This document shows positions 56,572 through 64,000 of a stretch of DNA of 64,000 nucleotides, piece after piece. Source of the DNA: a virus. Lineage: Duplodnaviria > Caudoviricetes. The notes beneath the pieces are model-generated. The model worked only from the letters and a program-made list of their open reading frames with translations, did no database searches and was not told the DNA's origin. A program made the position numbers and the translations under genes. How positions within the stretch are numbered: position 1 is the stretch's first letter; every line of letters begins with the position of its first letter. The DNA is taken from IMG/VR virus record IMGVR_UViG_3300023435_000009. One strand, 5' to 3'.

Positions 56572-57490
56572 GGATGACCTCCCACACGAAACCGATGGCG
56601 TCGAGTTCCTTGATCATCTCGGGAGTCACTTTGATCCTGCCTATGCCTCTCTTAGCTTGTCGGACACCCTTTACCCGTGTCCCGAGCTTGTACCCGTCCT
56701 CGGGACACTTGTAGGATGTGGGCACCTGATAGTCCCCGTGCTCCTTTTTGTATTCCTTCAGCCTCACCAGGAACTCAGGGAACCACTCCTTCGGATCCCA
56801 CACGAACCCGATGGCATCGAGTTCCTTGGTCATCTCGTCGGTCAGGATGACCGTCCCTTTGCCTCTCTTAGCTGACCGAACACCCCTTACCCGTTCCCCC
56901 AGATGGTATCCGTCCTCGGGCCACTTGTAGGACGTCGGCACCTGACAGTGGCCATGCTCCCTTTTGTATTCCCTCAGCCTCACCAGGAACTCAGGGAACC
57001 ACTCCCTCGGATCCCACACGATCCCAATGGCGTCGAGTTCCTTGATCATTTCGGGGGCTATTTTGAGTCTCCCTTTGTCTCTCTTAGCTTGTCGGACATT
57101 ATCTACTCTGCCCCCGAGCTTGTACCCGTCCTCGGGACACTTGTAGGATTTAGGCACCTGACAGTGCCCACGCTCCTTTTTGTATTCCTTCAGTTTCTCC
57201 AGGAACTCAGGGAACCACTCCCTCGGATCCCATACGAAACCGATGGCGTCGAGTTCCTTGGTCATCTCGTCGGTCAGTGTGACGTTCCCTTTGCCTCTCT
57301 TAGCTGACCGAACAACCATTACCCGTTCCCCCAGATGGTACCCGTCCTCGGGACACTTGTAGGATTTAGGCACCTGACAGTGCCCACGCTCCTTTTTGTA
57401 TTCCTTCAGTTTCTCCAGGAAGAGGTCAAACCAAGCTGGCCAGGAAGGCACATAACCCAACACACTGAGGCGTTGCCGGAACTTGTTCAT
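56564..57490 (-). CDS. HA domain protein, 4 near-identical 72-aa repeats
   Basis: Leader MNKFRQRL; four HA units. Confidence 0.9.
   Translation of the reverse strand: MNKFRQRLSVLGYVPSWPAWFDLFLEKLKEYKKERGHCQVPKSYKCPEDGYHLGERVMVVRSAKRGKGNVTLTDEMTKELDAIGFVWDPREWFPEFLEKLKEYKKERGHCQVPKSYKCPEDGYKLGGRVDNVRQAKRDKGRLKIAPEMIKELDAIGIVWDPREWFPEFLVRLREYKREHGHCQVPTSYKWPEDGYHLGERVRGVRSAKRGKGTVILTDEMTKELDAIGFVWDPKEWFPEFLVRLKEYKKEHGDYQVPTSYKCPEDGYKLGTRVKGVRQAKRGIGRIKVTPEMIKELDAIGFVWEVIRA
56575..57430 (-). repeat. Tandem 216-bp coding repeat, 4 units
   Basis: Homologous CAGGAA anchor (AGG at 56769, 56985, 57201, 57417) recurs at a period of 216. Confidence 0.9.
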
Positions 57491-58194
57491 CTCGGAACCA
57501 CCCAGAGGAAACCGAGGGCATCAAGTTTGGCGATCATCTCGGGGATCACTTGGAGGAAACCTTTGCCTCGTCTCCCGCATCGAACATGGCTCGCCTTTTC
57601 TCCCAACTTGTACCCATCGGGGCACACGTAGTCCTTCGGGATGTGGCCCACGGGGTACTTTTCCAGCACCGCTTTGATGTGGGCGTAGAACTCTGGCCAC
57701 CATTTGCCAGTGTTGCAGGCGTCCCAGACAAACCCTATAGCGTCAAGCTGCTCGACCATCTCGGAGGTGACCTTGAGACTACCTATGCCCCTCCTTCCGG
57801 AACGGATCACTTGTACTCGTTTCCCCAGCTTGTATCCGTCATGGTGGACATGCGTGCCAGGGGGGGCGCAGTGACCGTGTTCCGCCTTGTACTCAATCAG
57901 ACGGCGAAGGACACCTTTGAACCACCCGTTCCCGTTCCACGGGAAGCCAATGTCATCGAGCATCCGAATCATCTCGGACGTAAGCTTATGACCAGTTCCT
58001 CGGCGGTAGCTAGTTCGGATGGAGTTGGTTTTCGACCCTAGCTTGTACCCATCTTCGCAGGCATACGTCTGAGGGGGTGTCCTCCCGTCATTTTCCTCCA
58101 TGTACCGTGTCATACGGGCCACGTAGTCCAGGAACCATTCGGATACGGGTTCCACCAGCCCCATTTCGGCCAGTCTTTTGCGGAACTTGTTCAT
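57487..58194 (-). CDS. HA domain protein, 3 repeats
   Basis: Leader MNKFRKRLAEMG; ATGA-coupled to the helicase. Confidence 0.88.
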   Translation of the reverse strand: MNKFRKRLAEMGLVEPVSEWFLDYVARMTRYMEENDGRTPPQTYACEDGYKLGSKTNSIRTSYRRGTGHKLTSEMIRMLDDIGFPWNGNGWFKGVLRRLIEYKAEHGHCAPPGTHVHHDGYKLGKRVQVIRSGRRGIGSLKVTSEMVEQLDAIGFVWDACNTGKWWPEFYAHIKAVLEKYPVGHIPKDYVCPDGYKLGEKASHVRCGRRGKGFLQVIPEMIAKLDALGFLWVVPR

Positions 58195-60170
58195 GGCATC
58201 TGCCCGTAGACCTGCTTCCAGTTGATTGTGATCGGGGGGAGCTTGAAGTGAGGGGAAGCGTCGGTGTTATCAATAGGGGGTTCAACTTTGTGCTCCTCAA
58301 AGTAGGACATCAAGGCGTCATCTATCTGAGCCAAGGTGAACTGTGGCGGAGGTATCGCAGCTTTCAGACGTTCAGCGACCTGCTTCGCTGTCCTGCCCTC
58401 GAAACGGGACAGGAAGTCAACGACCCTGTCCGCCTGACCAATGTCCGCCGTCGCCCCTTCGAACTCTTGGATCACTGCGTCGAAGACCGGCCTCAACTCC
58501 TCTCGGATGATGCGGTAGTCAGACAAATCCCCGCCCTGGGCCTTCCTCCACAGGGTCTTGTGAAAGTAGGAGAAGGCTCGGGTTTGTTTTTTGAGGATGC
58601 TGTACGCCAGTGCTCGTTCAGCCTGTTCCATCTGCTCCTTGGACAACCGCATCGCTGTCCTCAGGTAGTGGGCCACCTCTTTGTTGGTCGGTTTCTTGAC
58701 CCCACTCTCACGGAGAAGGATAACGGCCTTGACCATGAGACCCATGGCCTCCCGGCACTGTTGAACATCAGCCCCGATGAACTGGGTGACATCCTCCCAG
58801 GTTTCCTCCGCCGGGCGATGCTTTTTGCCCTGACGCTTGTGCCCGATGTCCTCCAAACGTCGCTGGATGTCCCCCAGGATGTAGTCCTGGCCGACACTAA
58901 AATCCGCCATGAAGCACGCCGTCAGGAAGGCATGATCCTGGTGCTGCTGTTCGAACTGGGCAAACAAGTTCTCGGTCACACAGGGTACCAGGAAGGTGAA
59001 GGTGGCCGTGTTCTTGTGCTCCTCGGGGTAGCCATCGATGGCTCCCTTGAAGCGCAACGCCCGCCCCAGGCGTTGAAGGATGCGGACGAAGGAACTGGTC
59101 AGGCCGATGTTGTAGACATGGCTGCACAGGGGCCAGTCGGTTCCCTCATTGAACCGGGCACAGGCAAGGATCACGTCTACGGTGGAGTCCTCGTAGGCTC
59201 GGACCCGACGTTCCTTTCGGAGGAGGTGCTTGAGGGCGTCGGTGGCTCGTTGCCCCCCCTTGATGGCGTTGTGTACCCTCGCTCCCTGCCTGGTGAACTC
59301 GTCCTCCAGCCGTTTAGACCACGCATCGGCACTGTTAGCGGGGACGATGATGACAGCCTTGGGGCGCTTGTCCTTGACCCACAAGTCCACGATGTCGATA
59401 CAGGTTTGGAGTGGGGCAGTACTGGTCATGGACTCGCCAGCAAGCTGATTCGTCGTGTTCGCCTTTATGCCCAGAGGATGTGTGCGGAAAGAAAGCTGCC
59501 CCGGTGCGTACTGGCCTCCCTCCATGTGGGATGCCAGCGTGCGGTCCCAGCGGGGGGCGTTGTCATCAATAAGGGTATCACCGTCCGTGCGGAAGGGCGT
59601 GGCAGTCACGTGAATGACTGTGCCCCCTCGGGTCTGCCACTCCTTGACGAAGGTACCCACACCGTTCTCGGGGGCTGTGTGGTGTGCCTCGTCCACGATC
59701 AGGAGACGCCCGGTCATGTCCTTGGGGAGAAGGTCAGGGGCAAACCAGACTGCCGCCGCCATATGTGTCGTGACCAGCACCCGGTTAACCGGGCGGACAC
59801 TTCTGACGTGATCTTTGAGGTACTCCCGGCGCTTACCATCCCGAACTTGGAACCACTGAAGGGCCGCTACCGTGAGTGGCCCCCCAACAGACACTCTTCC
59901 CTGGGGTACTTCCTCGCTGGGGCGGATCTTCAGGTCTCCCTCATAGATGAAGGCATCCGAAATCTGACACTGTGGGGCGAGAACAACGGCTAACCGAAAC
60001 ATCTCCGTGTTGAGCAACCGTTCGGCCAGATAGGTCACCATGAGGGATTTGCCGCTTCCGGTGGGACCACTCAGCACTACCTCTCGTCTCCCGTTGGTGA
60101 CGTGCCGGAACAAGTGCCGGAAACAGTCCTGCTGATAGGGGCGCAAGGTACGAGTTTCAGGGGTTTTCAT
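58191..60170 (-). CDS. SF2 DExH helicase (type III restriction Res-like)
   Basis: YQQDC, GPTGSGKS, IVDEAHH, TATPFRTD, FNEGTDWP, QRLGRALR. Confidence 0.9.
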   Translation of the reverse strand: MKTPETRTLRPYQQDCFRHLFRHVTNGRREVVLSGPTGSGKSLMVTYLAERLLNTEMFRLAVVLAPQCQISDAFIYEGDLKIRPSEEVPQGRVSVGGPLTVAALQWFQVRDGKRREYLKDHVRSVRPVNRVLVTTHMAAAVWFAPDLLPKDMTGRLLIVDEAHHTAPENGVGTFVKEWQTRGGTVIHVTATPFRTDGDTLIDDNAPRWDRTLASHMEGGQYAPGQLSFRTHPLGIKANTTNQLAGESMTSTAPLQTCIDIVDLWVKDKRPKAVIIVPANSADAWSKRLEDEFTRQGARVHNAIKGGQRATDALKHLLRKERRVRAYEDSTVDVILACARFNEGTDWPLCSHVYNIGLTSSFVRILQRLGRALRFKGAIDGYPEEHKNTATFTFLVPCVTENLFAQFEQQHQDHAFLTACFMADFSVGQDYILGDIQRRLEDIGHKRQGKKHRPAEETWEDVTQFIGADVQQCREAMGLMVKAVILLRESGVKKPTNKEVAHYLRTAMRLSKEQMEQAERALAYSILKKQTRAFSYFHKTLWRKAQGGDLSDYRIIREELRPVFDAVIQEFEGATADIGQADRVVDFLSRFEGRTAKQVAERLKAAIPPPQFTLAQIDDALMSYFEEHKVEPPIDNTDASPHFKLPPITINWKQVYGQMP

Positions 60171-60489
60171 TTGCTGTCACCTCCGTCCTCAACGGGACGT
60201 CTTCGGGTTTTCGTAATCTCCACTGGTAGGAGGGGGACATGTATCTTGAGGGGGTGATCCATCCGACACGCAGATCCCCTGTGCGGCTCATCATGTTTTC
60301 CTGCACCCAAAAACCGACATAGCGTTTGAACCTGTTCCTGTTGTCAGCGTGGCGGAACACGAAGTCGAAGGCGTCCTCTATGGTCTCGGCCTCGATACGC
60401 CCCTCATAGAGGTGGTGTGACTGCGTGGGAGACCGAAACCCAAAAGCGTACCACATCTTCAGTTCTTTGGTGTCGTCCTTTTCCGCCAT
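60157..60489 (-). CDS. Hypothetical protein
   Basis: AGGAGG RBS; first gene after the motif at 60511. Confidence 0.6.
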   Translation of the reverse strand: MAEKDDTKELKMWYAFGFRSPTQSHHLYEGRIEAETIEDAFDFVFRHADNRNRFKRYVGFWVQENMMSRTGDLRVGWITPSRYMSPSYQWRLRKPEDVPLRTEVTANENP

Positions 60490-60510
60490 AGTCAGACCCT
60501 CCTACCAAGT

Positions 60511-60538
60511 CTACTCAGTGGGCCTCTCAGATGATCCC
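60511..60538 (-). promoter_or_regulatory. Bipartite motif GGGATCATC-N13-GAGTAG heading the helicase/HA operon
   Basis: Exact spacing. Confidence 0.7.
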
Positions 60539-60570
60539 TTCGTTTCCCGATGGAGTAGTACAGACAGGAG

Positions 60571-61398
60571 GTGCAGCAAATGACGACACAAGTGATTGCA
60601 ACGGATACGGAAATGGCCCAGACTTTGACTGACATCGGTTCCCTTGGTCAGGGAACGTTGGTGTCCCTCACCCTACGGAAGAAGGGGGTCGTCCGGGGCG
60701 GACAGATCTACGGTGACGACTTCGTCCAAGTTCTCATGTGGACGGGATTCCATTATCAGGCGCTGGTAGAGCGGAGCAACGCCAAGCTCACAGCGGAGTG
60801 GAGGGGCCATTTTCTTACTGATCTTCTCGGTGAGGTTCACGCCACAGGGCACCTGGAGGCTACAATCCGGGACGTTTCCGAAGCTGTTCAGGAAATTCAG
60901 GACAACTTCAGGGAGGTAATGGGGGGTCTCAAGGCTGACAGGATGCTGGACTCGGGGGTGGAACCTTTGACTCTTCCGGGGAAGGAGATGGACGAGGGTA
61001 CTACGCTGGGTGGTCCTCCCGTGTCCAAGCCCGTCTTCGAGACGCTCAAGGTGGACGGCAACGTCATCTTGGGGGCCAAGGTCTACGTCGGAGAAGGGGA
61101 GGAGGGGAACCCCAGGGCACCTACTCCGGGTACCATCTATATTGATGGGGTGAAGCTCGGGGAAATCGTCCGGGAGCCTGCACCGAACGGTAAATGGTCT
61201 CCGAAGCAGAGTGCCAAGACCGTGGCCAAGGAGATTATCCGCAAACGCCTCCCTGTGGGCCTGTACGTCCGTTACAGCCTGGATCGGGAGAAGCTGGTCA
61301 CATGCAAGGTGGGGAAGGAAGCGTCGGCACACGCAAAGGAAGCGGGCGTTCCCATCGATCCTGAAGCTATCCGGTCCCTGTTCAAGATCGCCCCGTGA
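60571..61398 (+). CDS. Hypothetical protein, paralog of 63452-64000
   Basis: Shared VFE.L.VDG..G.KVY..PGTIY..EPAPNG..KT.AK..R..LPV..YV.Y.L. Confidence 0.75.
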   Translation: MQQMTTQVIATDTEMAQTLTDIGSLGQGTLVSLTLRKKGVVRGGQIYGDDFVQVLMWTGFHYQALVERSNAKLTAEWRGHFLTDLLGEVHATGHLEATIRDVSEAVQEIQDNFREVMGGLKADRMLDSGVEPLTLPGKEMDEGTTLGGPPVSKPVFETLKVDGNVILGAKVYVGEGEEGNPRAPTPGTIYIDGVKLGEIVREPAPNGKWSPKQSAKTVAKEIIRKRLPVGLYVRYSLDREKLVTCKVGKEASAHAKEAGVPIDPEAIRSLFKIAP

Positions 61399-61404
61399 CC
61401 CTGC

Positions 61405-61977
61405 TCAGGGGATGGGCGGAGCGTCGTCCGCTGTTTCCTGCCAGTCGCTAAACTCCTGGAACTCGTTGTCCTGGAACAGGACGACCTGGACCTCCTCGAT
61501 GGGGAGGCGGGCTTCCTGTTTCATGGCCTCGTGGAGGGCGTGGGCAAAGGCCGACACGCTGCCCCCGTAGACCCCTGCTGAGATGGCGGGGAAGGCGACC
61601 CTGTTGGCTCCGATCCGGGCCGCTTCCTTCAGGCAGTTGACGATGCAGTGCATGAGTTCATTGAGGGGCCGGGGTTCGACCCGCTCGCCCGGTCGGAGGC
61701 TTCGTATGCCGTACCCAGCGAAGATCGGCCCCGCCGTGTGGATGACGAAATCGGCGTCCAGGTCGAAGCCCTCGGTCGTCCGAACCTGTCCGACCCGAAT
61801 GCGGACACCCTGTTCCAACTCGGGGAACTCCCTGCACGCAGCCCTCAGCCCCGGACCCGCCGCTCGGTGAATGGCCCCGTCGACCCCCCCACCGCCAAGC
61901 ATCCTGGGGTTGGCAGCGTTCACGATGGCGTCCACCTGTGCGTGGACGATGTTCCCCCGGTAGTAATGCAGCCTCAT
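61405..61977 (-). CDS. Macrodomain ADP-ribose hydrolase (YmdB/MacroD-like)
   Basis: GNI..VDAIVNAAN..GGGGVDGAIHRAAG..VIHTAGP..FPAISAGVYG. Likely start MRLHYY after AAGGAG. Confidence 0.93.
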   Translation of the reverse strand: MRLHYYRGNIVHAQVDAIVNAANPRMLGGGGVDGAIHRAAGPGLRAACREFPELEQGVRIRVGQVRTTEGFDLDADFVIHTAGPIFAGYGIRSLRPGERVEPRPLNELMHCIVNCLKEAARIGANRVAFPAISAGVYGGSVSAFAHALHEAMKQEARLPIEEVQVVLFQDNEFQEFSDWQETADDAPPIP

Positions 61978-62018
61978 TTTGCGTGTCTCCTTGCGGGGGT
62001 CCTTTGCCCTCACCTAGA

Positions 62019-62046
62019 CTACTCTGTAGGTCGGTCAGATGATCCC
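62019..62046 (-). promoter_or_regulatory. Bipartite motif GGGATCATC-N13-GAGTAG upstream of the macrodomain gene
   Basis: Exact spacing. Confidence 0.7.
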
Positions 62047-62062
62047 GGTACCTATCGTTTGC

Positions 62063-62635
62063 TCACTTGTTCAGCCCATTTCCCCACCGACTTGGTGAGG
62101 GGGTGTCTTCCTGTCGTCTGTTCATCCGTGCCAGCAGATCCCGTTTCCGGGCCAGCCGCTCGATCACAGAGGCCATGCGCTTCCGTCCTACCGGGTTGGC
62201 GGAGTGGACCCTGATATCGTTCGGGATCGGGAAATTGATGTCTCGATCGAGTTGCTCTTCCAGCCAGCACAGGACATCATATCCCGTCACCTCACGCCCC
62301 TTCTCGGGACTGTAGTCAGCGATGTCGTGGTCCAGGGACAGGGTCCCGATGGCCTCCTGCTGGAGCATCTCGATGCACCGTGCGTAGGTGCGGACGACGA
62401 ACCAATCGATACCCTCACCTGGTTCGTCTGGGATGATCTTCATGTGTCTTGATTCGTACCAGGGACCTTCCGTGTCGCCGGGAAAGGGACAACCCCGGAC
62501 GTCATCCAGGTAGAGGTTGATCTTCGTTGGACGGCCCCGGTAGTTCTTCCGGGCCACCACACGACAGTGGGAACAGTCCAGGTTACAGCCGATCTGAGGG
62601 TTGCCACACAGGGGGCATCTGTTGGAAGCGGTCAT
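62063..62635 (-). CDS. Cyclic-phosphate-processing receiver-like domain protein with N-terminal Cys motif
   Basis: LYLDDVR.CP..SLDHDI..TGYDVLCWLEE..VHSANPVG..M. Confidence 0.75.
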   Translation of the reverse strand: MTASNRCPLCGNPQIGCNLDCSHCRVVARKNYRGRPTKINLYLDDVRGCPFPGDTEGPWYESRHMKIIPDEPGEGIDWFVVRTYARCIEMLQQEAIGTLSLDHDIADYSPEKGREVTGYDVLCWLEEQLDRDINFPIPNDIRVHSANPVGRKRMASVIERLARKRDLLARMNRRQEDTPSPSRWGNGLNK

Positions 62636-63267
62636 ATGGGGATCTCCTTGCTTTGACGGGACAGGACACTCCTCGAAACCTCGTTCCCAGGAAGGCATGC
62701 TGTCAACCATTTGATGTCCTCGTCACACAGCCGCTTGGCTGCGTCTAACGTCCGCACAGGTTTCATTGGTGCAACTAGCGGTCGGTCCTGGTCTGACAGC
62801 CTCACGGGCAGGTACACGCTGTCAGGGCCTCCGAGAACCATGTGGGTGGTGGCCCCGGAACCGTCTTTGTAAAACACCGTCCGAACGTAGATCAAGGGGT
62901 TGCCCTCGGTGGCTATCCTGGTAGTGAAATTACTCCACCAATGGATACGGACCACAGCAGCTTCGATCTGGTCTCGTTGTCGTTGGTCCTGTCGCTCTGC
63001 TGTCCGCAGCACCCACTCGTCAGGGGTCTGGTGTGCCTGACATGCCCTGAGGAAGATGAACAGGAAGACCGGCCACATCCCCAGGAGAAGGAAGAGGGTC
63101 TTCGGGGTCATCGGTCTGTCCTTGGGCCTGTGGGGGTGCTCGTTCACCCAGGTGGCGTACTCGGGTCCTCGGGTGTAACTCCCAGCCAGTCCTGCGAGGA
63201 ACAACAGCATCTGGACAAACCCCCCGACCACAAACCAGCTCAGGACGATCTGGATGAATGTAACCAT
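62632..63267 (-). CDS. Putative membrane protein
   Basis: Two hydrophobic segments at the N-terminus; coupled on both sides. Confidence 0.55.
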   Translation of the reverse strand: MVTFIQIVLSWFVVGGFVQMLLFLAGLAGSYTRGPEYATWVNEHPHRPKDRPMTPKTLFLLLGMWPVFLFIFLRACQAHQTPDEWVLRTAERQDQRQRDQIEAAVVRIHWWSNFTTRIATEGNPLIYVRTVFYKDGSGATTHMVLGGPDSVYLPVRLSDQDRPLVAPMKPVRTLDAAKRLCDEDIKWLTACLPGNEVSRSVLSRQSKEIPI

Positions 63268-63452
63268 CAGACAGCCACCTGTTCCTGGGTTTGGGCTACG
63301 ATCAATTGTTGCTTCAGACGTTCTTGTAGTGAACGGTAACACTGGAAACAGAGAGGGTGATCCTGCCGCCACCGGAAGTTTCGCCCTCGGACAGAGGAGA
63401 CCGCTTTCCTTTGCTTGCACCATTTACACTGGTGTTTGTCAGTGCCCTTCAT
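63267..63452 (-). CDS. Small zinc-finger protein
   Basis: MKGTDKHQCKWC..LCFQC; coupled starts and stops. Confidence 0.55.
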   Translation of the reverse strand: MKGTDKHQCKWCKQRKAVSSVRGRNFRWRQDHPLCFQCYRSLQERLKQQLIVAQTQEQVAV

Positions 63453-64000
63453 CAGATCACCTGCTGTACGATCTGGACAACCTCGTCGGTTGCAATGAAG
63501 CCATTTTCCGCTGCCATGATTTTCGCCACCCCGCCTGCAGCGAGAATGAAGCCTGTACCCGGCTCCAGGACATAGCTGACGTAGCGGCTGACCGGGAGCA
63601 TTGACCGCAGGGTGTTCTTGGCGATGGTTTTGGGTTTGCTGTTGGGCTCCGGGATTGGACCATTTGGGGCAGGTTCCAGCACCTTGGAATGTGTCTTGAG
63701 AGCGTGGAGATAAATGGTTCCCGGCAAGGCGGCACGGGGTTCTCCCGTACAGTTCCGGCAGTGGCACATCCGGTAGGCTCCATTCCTGTCCCGTGTTCCC
63801 TTTACGCAATGATAGACCTTGCTCCCCCGGACGGTCTCCCCGTCAACCACCAGCGGTTCGAATACGTGACTGTTGGTTGCGGTGCTGTCCGAGGTGTTGT
63901 TCCCGGCGAGGCTCCTCTCGAAGGAGGCAATCAACTCGCCCCGTGCCTGCTCAACGTCCGCTACCGTGATTGTGTGGCCCTCGGCTGCGGCCTTGGTGAT
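63452..64000 (-). CDS. Hypothetical protein, paralog of 60571-61398, 5' part beyond window
   Basis: Frame open to the window end; shared motifs as listed for 60571-61398. Confidence 0.75.
   Translation of the reverse strand: MTKAAAEGHTITVADVEQARGELIASFERSLAGNNTSDSTATNSHVFEPLVVDGETVRGSKVYHCVKGTRDRNGAYRMCHCRNCTGEPRAALPGTIYLHALKTHSKVLEPAPNGPIPEPNSKPKTIAKNTLRSMLPVSRYVSYVLEPGTGFILAAGGVAKIMAAENGFIATDEVVQIVQQVI

Noticed and set aside
58077-59993. 638-aa plus-strand ORF (likewise 22965-24236 minus and many other shadows)
   Set aside because: These are antisense shadows of well-supported genes in GC-rich DNA, with no recognisable motifs.
1-64000. tRNA, rRNA and CRISPR features
   Set aside because: None were recognised by eye on either strand.

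Overview
This 64-kb window (GC-rich, with AT-richer inteins and transposon genes) looks like part of a large, probably jumbo, dsDNA phage genome. It uses standard code 11 and AGGAGG-type ribosome binding sites (RBS), with dense ATGA/GTGA-coupled operons. The core is a replication module: a SNF2 helicase (2 inteins), a degenerate DnaC-like protein, DnaB (2 inteins), a stand-alone primase zinc finger, PolA (1 intein), a DEDD exonuclease, thymidine kinase and a deoxynucleoside kinase. Mobile elements are two IscB (one with a putative omegaRNA region visible), two TnpB and a free-standing LAGLIDADG endonuclease. Five observations stand out. (1) At 11.5-20.6 kb a beta-class amino-DNA-methyltransferase is split at fixed points into separately translated modules: six DPPY catalytic halves, six middle modules and only one SAM-binding module, whose own DPPY is lost, with signs of recombination among cassettes. 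(2) At 52.9-60.2 kb an SF2 helicase is followed by six stand-alone helicase-associated (HA) repeat genes, five sharing a leader peptide. (3) A domain-1-less, PxT-type release factor is expressed through a prfB-type AGGAGG-N3-CTT-TGA-C +1 frameshift that the ORF track missed. (4) A bipartite motif, GRGATCATC-N13-GAGTAG, occurs intact seven times upstream of genes, and an eighth copy is split by a TnpB element. (5) The window carries a PARP-like writer plus macrodomain and ADP-ribosylhydrolase erasers. All family assignments come from motif recognition by eye; no database searches were run.
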